Shown here: positions 54,983 through 64,000 of the stretch, in pieces
Layout: each line of letters begins with the position of its first letter
Position numbering within the stretch: the first letter of the stretch is position 1
Assembly (NCBI GenBank): GCA_964016885.1
Contig: OZ024740.1
Coordinates: 99,138,001-99,202,000 of the forward strand
From: Eledone cirrhosa
Lineage: Eukaryota
Reading direction: 5' to 3'
DNA: 64,000 bases
Program-made: the position numbers and the translations under genes
Notes under the pieces: generated by a model
The model's database searches: none
What the model saw: only the letters and a program-made list of their open reading frames with translations
Told to the model about the DNA's origin: nothing

Positions 54983-56119
54983 AATATATATGCATACATT
55001 GTTTCCACACTGTAAATGTTATTGGTGTTCGGAAGGGCATCCAACAATAAGAATCCCACCCAAAATACAGTACTGCCTGAGCAAGCTATGGCGCAGCCAA
55101 CTGGCCTGACATGTCTTATAATGTGGACGACTCATCTAACCCATGCAAGCATGGCAAAATAGACTTTAAATGACGATGATGATGACATCTAGACACACAT
55201 ACACACATAAACATTTATATATATATATATCTGTGTGTATTTATACAGAAACCCTGCCTTCCTATGTGTACAGGCTGAAGCATATATATAGTATACACCA
55301 CCTTCACCCCCACCTCATCCTTTCCTCTTACTTCTCACATCATAACAGTCCACAGATCACACACACCGATATACCCACCAAAGTCCCCAGCCCACACAAT
55401 AAAGTTGTCATGATGGCAACACAACAAAAATCGCCTGGCCCACATAGTACAATGTCTGTGTAGGTGTCAAAAAACCACCCAGCCCACACTGCAAAGTGGT
55501 CATGTAATTGCCATGACAAAAAGCACCCAATACTCATTGTAAATGTGGTTGGTGTTTGGAAGGGCATCCAGCTGTAGAAACCAAGCCACAATCATTTGTG
55601 TATGAGCAAGGCATAGTCATCTGATCTGGCTTGTCTCACAATGTGACAACTTGTCTAATCCATGCTAGCATGGAAAAATAGATGTTAAACGGTGATGATG
55701 ATGATGATGTGAATATATGTATGAAGGTTATTTCTCACTATTATACTGGAAATGTCAACAATGAATGATAGCTAAAATTATCAATCAAGGAATTATAGAG
55801 AGAAATAGAGTAACTTATACAAAGTTAGTGCTATGTAGATTTTTAGTAAAGCTACCGAAACTAAGATTGCGTCACCATTAATTTCGCCCTTACATACAGG
55901 CTCCTGATGCACAAATATTGACTTGGTTGCTTGATCTACACATGCATGAAAATTTACACCATGCTGGATTGGCAATAGACCTATTCATTTACTAACAGGT
56001 AAATAATAATTTATCTTTTCAAAGAAGCTCTCTCATTAAAACAAATTTCTTCAGTATTGTCCATTTTATGTATTAAAATGGCCATTGATGTATTATCAGT
56101 GAAAACCACAGTATATATA

Positions 56120-56870
56120 TCATCATTTAACATCTAGTCTCCATACCACTGTACTTTTGGAATTCCCTTCTTTACTGCTAATTAGATAATCTAGATAACT
56201 AAAGCTATTAAATATATCTGGAATGTATTCTGAGCATTTCATGAAGTTTATTTTACATCATACAGGTATCTTTTCCTGTGTTTCTGCAACATATGAAATC
56301 TATTTTCGTCTTAAAGAGGTACACCATATGAAATTCCTGCCTTCTTTTCTGTATATTGTGTATAACAACTTATCTGTTGGAAGTAGATTTGTGTGTTCTT
56401 ACCTGCAAACAGATGCTTTAGTCTTTGCTAAATTTGATTTGAGGTCACTGAATTCAAGTTTTTATCTTCTAAGTTTGGCATTTCTTCTCTAAATCTTCGA
56501 ACAAATCAATCATGTGATCGAGGGTATTGGCATACTAGATTCCCGCAGAAAACCAGGCTTCAACTACTCTGTTATCGCCTGGAAAAATCTAAAAAATAAG
56601 AGAGGGTTGATAATTGTGTCCTTGATGTACAACCACCTGCAGGCTAAATTATTCACTGAACTCATTACTAACCTTTACCTTGTAAATAACAACCTCTTAT
56701 AAACCATTTTGTTATCTATTGTTTCATAAGCAACATCAGACTACAAAATGGGATACCTTGCCAAATGCCTTCTCCATTTTTCTAAGTGGCCCCTCTTCCT
56801 CTTATCAGTCACAAAGGCAGTGTACAAGATTATTAGTGCTGATTTCCCTCTTCTGACTAGGCAAAAAAAA
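56120..56870 (-). pseudogene. Highly decayed RTE RT remnant
   Basis: Minus strand gives LYTAFV...MEKAFGKV (compare LYLAFVDLEKAFDRV) and a GATGTTAAATGATGA-type tail. Confidence 0.45.
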
Positions 56871-57026
56871 TAAAAAAATTATGCCAGTTTTACTACACTT
56901 GAGAGATTGAAGGATTCTCTGTGGTTACATGACTTCCTAGAAACTTGTTTCCTCCTTCACATTATACACAACTGTTTTACAAAACGGGTAGGTAACTATG
57001 GAAGATATGGTACTAAATAAACTATA

Positions 57027-57211
57027 CAAGGGTCAGCAGGAAAGTTCATAAGCTGATTATGAAGGAGTAGTTCAAGAACTATGAAATCTAGCATGCATTA
57101 ATTTCAATATCTGCTTTGTTGCTTTCCATGGACTGTGTTGAAAAATAAACTTCATTTAGTCATTCCATGAGAGTATGTTGATCAGCCAAGGAACTTTTCA
57201 GCTGATCCTCG
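57027..57211. mobile_element. Tc1/mariner-type MITE
   Basis: Imperfect ~30-bp TIRs (CAAGGGTCAGCAGGAAAGTTCATAAGCTGA; right end reverse-complemented CGAGGATCAGCTGAAAAGTTCCTTGGCTGA) flanked by TA. Confidence 0.75.
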
Positions 57212-57459
57212 TATGTGGAAAAAATAGGATGGTCATGTGGGGAATGTCTTTAATCATATGTCTGTTGAACCAAACTTGACCTGAGACTGAACAATAACTA
57301 TAATTGTGTTAGTTGCATTGATATTACTCTTATAAAATTATTTTCTTTCTTCTTCATTAATTTGATTTCAGATAATTAATGTATGTTATTAGTAGATGTG
57401 GTCACAACAGTGGTGGCGTCAGCAGTACTGGTAGTACTAATGGTCCAGGAAATGGAGAA

Positions 57460-57513
57460 AATAGTAATAGTAGTAGCAGCAACAGCAGCAGCAGCAATAG
57501 CAGAAGCAGCAGC

Positions 57514-57580
<67 letters not shown>

Positions 57581-57588
57581 ATAGCAGC

Positions 57589-57644
<56 letters not shown>

Positions 57645-57661
57645 CAGTAGTAGTAGTAGTA
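57460..57661. repeat. (GCA)n/(GTA)n trinucleotide microsatellite
   Basis: Direct reading. Confidence 0.97.
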
Positions 57662-58077
57662 TTGGACAAAGATAGATAAATAGAGATTCTGAAAGACAAA
57701 AAATATATCGGGTGCAAAGGTGTAAATATTATTAAAATAAAATATTATTAAAATAAAATATTATTAAAATATATAAATAAATAAATAAATAAATAAAAGC
57801 AAAACAAAACTGAAAACTACCACAAAAACAACAACTAACAAAAGCGGAATTGAGAAGAGATAATGAAATAAAATCTGGATGTAATTAGCAATTACAAATA
57901 GATTTCCTCATTTGCAGACATGAGTACATTTAAATTTACAGCTGTGTCACATTTTATAATGATTAACTTGTAACTCAAACACCTGCAAATGTTACAGTAG
58001 TAAAATGATGTTTAAAACCTACAACATAGTGAAGAGAATGAATGAGTTATAAATATACACACACATATTTATATTTC

Positions 58078-58116
<39 letters not shown>

Positions 58117-58366
58117 TCATGATCATGATCATCATCATCGTTTAACGTCCATCTTCCCCGCTAGCATGGGTCTGGACTGGAATTGTCCCACTTGAGGCAA
58201 GATTGGTTGTCTTGCTCAGGACTGTCTGGTGGGTTTTCTATGGCTGGATGCCCTTCCTAACACCAACCAAGTTTACAGTGTGGACTGTGAGGTTTTTACC
58301 GTGTTACCTACACGACCACATTACAGCGTGGACTGTGTGTTTTTTTGTCGTGACCCTTTTTTTGTC

Positions 58367-58417
<51 letters not shown>

Positions 58418-58714
58418 ATATGCCCCACACACTCGCACTACAAAGTGGTCGTGGAGGTGCCATAGCAAAAAACCACCCAGCCCACACTGTAAAGTGGACG
58501 TGAGGCGCCACGGAAAAAAAGCATCCAGTACTCACTGTAAATGAAGTTAGTGTTAGGAAGGGCATCCAGCTGTAGAAATCAAGCCAGAATCAGTTCCTGT
58601 ATGAACAAGACAAGGTCAGCCGCCTGGACACTGCCACAACAGGACAACCCGTCTAACCCATGCTAGCGAGGAAGAATGGATGTAAGACGATGATGATGAT
58701 GATGATATACATAG

Positions 58715-60363
58715 TTGATGTACCAGGTCATGAAAGTAACACAAAGTTATAGCACAGTTGATTAGGGACCGGGTGAAAATAGATGAGATGCAATTTGGGT
58801 TTGTAGCAGGAAAAGCACCACTGATGCCCTCTTCCTTGTGAGGCAGTTACAGGAAAAGTCCCTAGCTAAAAGTAAGCTGCTCTACCTGGCATTTGTCGAT
58901 CTGGAGAAAGCCTTTGACAGAGTTCCCCGTGCTATAATCTGGTGGGCTTTTAGAAAACTAGGAGTAGATGAAGGCTTGTGAAAGCTGTACAAGCTATGTA
59001 TAGGGAACAGTGAGCAAAGTTAGGATTAGCAATGACTATAGCGAGGAATTTAGCATACAGGTCGGTGTCCACCAGGGCTCTGTTCTTAGCCCTCTCCCAT
59101 TCATCATAGTTTTGCAGGCAATAATAGAGGAGTTTAAGACGGGATGTCCATGGGAACTCGTGTATGCAGATGATCTTACATTTATAGCTGAATTTATGGT
59201 AGAAATAGAGAAGAAATTCAGAACATGGAAGCAGAGGCTAGAAAGAAAGAGTCTCAAAGTCAATCTGACAAACACTAAGGTCCTTTTAAGTAGACGAGAA
59301 AACAGAACCCAGATCCCCTCAGGGAAATAGTCTTGCTCAGTATGTAGGAAAGGTGTAGGTAGGAAGTCCATCCTCTGCCCTAAATGCAAACAATGGATAC
59401 CCAACAGATGTAGTGGGATGTCAGGAAGCTTAACTAAGAATGTAGGCTTCACATGTAGCAGCTGCGCTGGAACAGCATGCCACAAACAGCCACGGGAAAC
59501 AAGTACCACCAATCTCTGGGAAGGCTCTGTAGAAACAGTAGACAGCTTCTGCTACCTAGGTGACTGAATTAGCAGCGGAGGTGGGTGTTCAGAAAGTACA
59601 ATAACTAGTGTAAGAACGGGTTGGAAGAAGTTCAGGAAGTTACTGCCACTGCTAGCAGCAAAAGGCTTTTTCCTCAAAATTAAAGGCAGACTATATGATG
59701 CATGTATACGAACAGCAATGTTACATGTTAGTGAGACCTGGGCGCTGTCTGTAGATTAGAAAGAAACAAAGCCTGCATGCTCCGATGGACGTGTAATAGT
59801 AATATATGCAAACGGCAAAGCATAAACAAACTGAGAGAGAGACTGAGCTTAAGAGAAATCAAATGCTGTGTGCAGGAGAGGATGTTGCATTGGTATGGAC
59901 ATGTGATGCATATGAAGGATGACAGCTGCATAAAAAGGTGCAAAGCACTAGAGGTTGATGGAAGTCGTGGAGTGGGGAGACCCAAGAAGACCTGGGATGA
60001 GGTGATAAAAGCCCACCTTACACAATTACACCTCTCAAATGTGGTGACAAACAGCCATGACCTCTGGCATCACGCAGTAATACAGAAGACCCGACCCCCA
60101 TGGGTACAAGACGAATCTGAAGCATATAGAACATATGCCCCACCCCCTCCCACTGAAAAGTGGTCATCGAGGTGCCATGGCAAAATAGCACTCACTGTAA
60201 ATGAGGTTGGTGTTAGGAAGGGCATCCAGCTGTAGAAATCAAGCCAGAATCAGTTCCCATATGAGCAAGGCATGGTCAGCCAACCGGACACTGCCCACAA
60301 CAGGACAACCCTTCTAACCCATGCTAGTGAGGAAGAACGGACGTAAGACGGTGATGATGATGA
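58715..60363 (+). mobile_element. 5'-truncated RTE LINE (RT to 3' tail)
   Basis: QFGFV, AFVDLEKAFDRVP, GVHQGSVLSP, VYADDL, Cys finger, WYGHV, RGVGRPKKTW. Ends in a SINE-like module and (GAT)n. Confidence 0.92.
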
Positions 60364-60366
60364 TAC

Positions 60367-60399
<33 letters not shown>

Positions 60400-60429
60400 C
60401 ATATATATACATATATATATATACATATA

Positions 60430-60465
<36 letters not shown>

Positions 60466-60538
60466 TATATATATATAAATGTAAGTATGTATGTATACGT
60501 ACATACATATATGTATACAGACGTACAGTAGCATGCAT

Positions 60539-60637
<99 letters not shown>

Positions 60638-60789
60638 CAGGTACACATACATATATGTACGTATCAGTTTAGCGGACGCTTATTATAACGCCCGCTTTGT
60701 TCGTTTGTAAACAAACTGAACAGCCTGAATTTATGCCGTACGGTGTTAAGGCAACCACGTCACCTTTTTGTTCAACACTGACACAGGAA

Positions 60790-60830
60790 CGATGTACTAG
60801 TTTCAAGCTTGTTAGCTATCATCAGCACCG
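60790..60830 (-). ncRNA. Minimal type I hammerhead, 41 nt (copies 61253-61293, 62968-63008, 63489-63529 on -, 63814-63854 on +)
   Basis: CGGUG-CUGAYGA-UAGCU-AACA-AGCUU-GAAAC-UA-GUA-CAUCG. Palindromic ACUAGU stem III. Confidence 0.9.
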
Positions 60831-60905
60831 TATACCCTTCTGCCAGATGGTTGAACGTTCGAAAGTATATACTTTCCTTATGAAAATTAACGGCTGAGCA
60901 ACCTA

Positions 60906-60913
60906 ATTTGCAT
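60906..60913. promoter_or_regulatory. Octamer motif ATTTGCAT in each direct unit (e.g. also 61369-61376)
   Basis: Exact match about 75 nt upstream of the ribozyme on its sense strand. Function not shown. Confidence 0.35.
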
Positions 60914-61064
60914 ATCGAGTGAGTTCGGTCAGGCGTACCGAGAACGATAAGTTGTAATAAAATGAAAACGAAAATTTCATTTCTCACTCTTAGTACGGCA
61001 CTTACTTAAATGTAAGTATGTATGTATACGTACATATATATATGTATACAGACGTACAGTAGCA

Positions 61065-61100
<36 letters not shown>

Positions 61101-62777
61101 CAGGTACACGTACATATATGTACGTATCAGTTTAGCGGACGCTTATTATAACGCCCGCTTTGTTCGTTTGTAAACAAACTGAACAGCCTGAATTTATGCC
61201 GTACGGTGTTAAGGCAACCACGTCACCTTTTTGTTCAACACTGACACAGGAACGATGTACTAGTTTCAAGCTTGTTAGCTATCGTCAGCACCGTATACCC
61301 TTCTGCCAGATGGTTGACCGTTCGAAAGTATATACTTTCCTTATGAAAATTAACGGCTGAGCAGCCTAATTTGCATATCGAGTGAGTTCGGTCAGGCGTA
61401 CCGAGACCGATAAGTTGTAATAAAATGAAAACGAAAATTTCATTTCTCACTCTTAGAACGGCACTTACTTAAATGTAAGTATGTATGTATACGTACATAC
61501 ATATATGTATACAGACGTACAGTAGCATGCATATATATATATATGGTGGCTGCCAACTCGTTTTCGAGTACGGCCACTACTTTATATCCATGTAGGAGAA
61601 CCCCTACCGATGCGCTGAACAAGTGTGACTTTTTAGTCCAGCCAGCGATTTGAAAACTCTGGTACAAACACTACACTTGTGACAATTATTGACACATAGT
61701 GCTGGGCCCATGGTACCATGTGACGACAAGTGTAAAGAGATCTCCAGATATAAAGCAATGCCTGTGCCGTGAAACTTTTATAGTGAGCAAAGTCACTGCA
61801 CAAAGCCAGTCCCACTCTCTTAACCAAGATGATATTTACCAAAAAGAAGAACAAGTCAACATCATTGGATACCATCAGGGCTGCAGGTGTTATATCAGAG
61901 TTTTCCTTCTCCTAGTATTCTGCCTTGACAAAGGCTAAGGGTCATCTCTCCCGGTGATTTTGGATGGCCACTGACTCTTAAGAGCTCCTATGCCCTTTGA
62001 CAGGTTTTGTTTTTAGTCCTGCAGGATGTCCAAAGTCACCCTCCTCACCAAGAAACCTTGGTGGGGTTGCAAGTTTAGTCGCCAACGACCCGACCATGGG
62101 ACAGGTTGTACTGGGATACATGTTACCAGTAGCACCATACATACAAGCATACATGGTGGCTGCCAACTTGTTTTCGAGTACGGCCACTACTTTATATCCA
62201 TGTAGGAGAACCCCTACGGATGCGCTGAACGAGTGTGACTTTTTAGTTCAGCCAGCGATTTGAAAACTCTGGTACAAACACTACACTTGTGACAATCATT
62301 GACACATAGTGCTGGGCCCATGGTACCATGTGACGACAAGTGCAGAGAGATCTCCAGATATAAAGCCATGCCCGTGCCGTGAAGCTTTTATAGTGAGCAA
62401 AGGCACTTCACAAAGCCAGTCCCACTCTCTTAACCAAGATGATATTTACCAAAAAGAAGAACAAGTCAACATCATTGGATACCATCAGAGTTGCAGGTGT
62501 TATATCAGAGTTTTCCTTCTCCTAGAATTCTGCCTTGAGAAAGGCTAAGGGGTCATCTCTCCCTGTGATTTTGGATGGCCATTGAAACTTAAGAGCTCCT
62601 TTGCCCTTTGACAGGTTTTGTTTTTAGTACTGCAGGATCTCCAAAGTCACCCTCCTCACCAAGAAACCTTGGTAGGGTTGCCAGTTTAGTCGCCAACGAC
62701 CCGGCCATGATACAGGTTGTACTGGGATACATGTTACCAGTAGCACCAACTGGTGACCTGACATAATATATATATAT

Positions 62778-62811
<34 letters not shown>

Positions 62812-63242
62812 CATACAGGTACACATACATATATGTACGTATCAGTTTAGCGGACGCTTATTATAACGCCCGCTTTGTTCGTTTGTAAACAAACTGAACA
62901 GCCTGAATTTATGCCGTACGGTGTTAAGGCAACCACGTCACCTTTTTGTTCAACACTGACACAGGAACGATGTACTTGTTTCAAGCTTGTTAGCTATCGT
63001 CAGCACCGTATACCCTTCTGCCAGATGGTTGAACGTTCGAAAGTATATACTTTCCTTATGAAAATTAACGGCTGAGCAGCCTAATTTGCATATCGAGTGA
63101 GTTCGGTCAGGCGTACCGAGAACGATAAGTTGTAATAAAATGAAAATGAAAATTTCATTTCTCACTCTTAGTACGGCACTTACTTAAATGTAAGTATGTA
63201 TGTATACGTACATACATATATGTATACAGACGTACAGTAGCA

Positions 63243-63336
<94 letters not shown>

Positions 63337-64000
63337 CAGGTACACATACATATATGTACGTATCAGTTTAGCGGACGCTTATTATAACGCCCGCTATGTT
63401 CGTTTGTAAACAAACTGAACAGCCTGAATTTATGCCGTACGGTGTTAAGGCAACCACGTCACCTTTTTGTTCAACACTGACACAGGAACGATGTACTAGT
63501 TTCAAGCTTGTTAGCTATCATCAGCACCGTATACCCTTCTGCCAGATGGTTGAACGTTCGAAAGTATATACTTTCCTTATGAAAATTGACGGCTGAGCAG
63601 CCTAATTTGCATATCGAGTGAGTTCGGTCAGGCGTACCGAGAACGATAAGTTGTAATAAAATGAAAACGAAAATTTCATTTCGGTACGCCGAAAATTTCA
63701 TTTCGGCTCGCCTGACCGAACTCACTCGATACGCAAATTAGGCTGCTCAGCCGTTAATTTTCATAAGGAAAGTATATACTTTCGAACGTTCAACCATCTG
63801 GCAGAAGGGTATACGGTGCTGATGATAGCTAACAAGCTTGAAACTAGTACATCGTTCCTGTGTCAGTGTTGAACAAAAAGGTGACGTGGTTGCCTTAACA
63901 CCGTACGACATAAATTCAGGCTGTTCAGTTTGTTTACAAACGAACAAAGCGGGCGTTATAATAAGCGTCCGCTAAACTGATACGTACATATATGTATGTG

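Larger units (their letters stand above)
60477..64000. repeat. ~463-530-bp hammerhead-bearing tandem array with internal (TA)n, inverting at ~63690
   Basis: Near-identical units. A dimer of the 610-bp repeat sits in one internal TA tract. The array continues past the window end. Confidence 0.92.

Noticed and set aside
55900-55998. Possible host exon bounded by CAG and GTAAAT
   Set aside because: Weak polypyrimidine tract, the longest frame ends in a stop before the donor, no recognisable product and no partner exons.
60697-60897. Repeated 66-aa ORF (MFVCKQTEQ...) and its 71-aa antisense ORF
   Set aside because: They recur only because the units are near-identical. They have non-ATG starts and no recognisable domain.
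62645-62763. Twister or HDV-like ribozyme in the 610-bp repeat (GAGGAGGG end)
   Set aside because: I could not find the twister UAA and GGUCCCAAGCCC-type elements or an HDV P3/L3/P1.1 arrangement. Left as an untested structure.

Overview
AT-rich animal genomic DNA, most likely cephalopod/octopus (inferred from the SINE types, RTE-tailed repeats and very high (TA)n density). I found no convincing host gene. The window is a nest of mobile elements, mostly abutting (TA)n microsatellites. It holds two copies of an internally deleted Helitron (HUH-Y2 Rep plus PIF1-type helicase) and a small non-autonomous Helitron; several lineages of Penelope-like elements (PLE; RT plus C-terminal GIY-YIG); one CR1-type LINE; several RTE LINEs and their SINEs; and a mariner-type MITE. 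All of the TE ORFs are broken or truncated. The main signal is RNA rather than protein. Reading by eye I count about 25 type I hammerhead ribozyme motifs, about 20 with an intact CUGANGA/GAAA/NUH core. They sit in PLE pseudo-LTRs and in two non-coding tandem/inverted arrays (483-bp unit at 53.3-54.9 kb; ~463-bp unit at 60.5-64 kb) that resemble retrozyme-like, PLE-dependent elements able to release unit-length and possibly circular RNAs. Compensatory base changes between copies support the folds. Many PLE fragments show twin-priming-like inversions whose breakpoints fall inside the ribozyme motif. Element boundaries were read by eye and are approximate unless stated otherwise.
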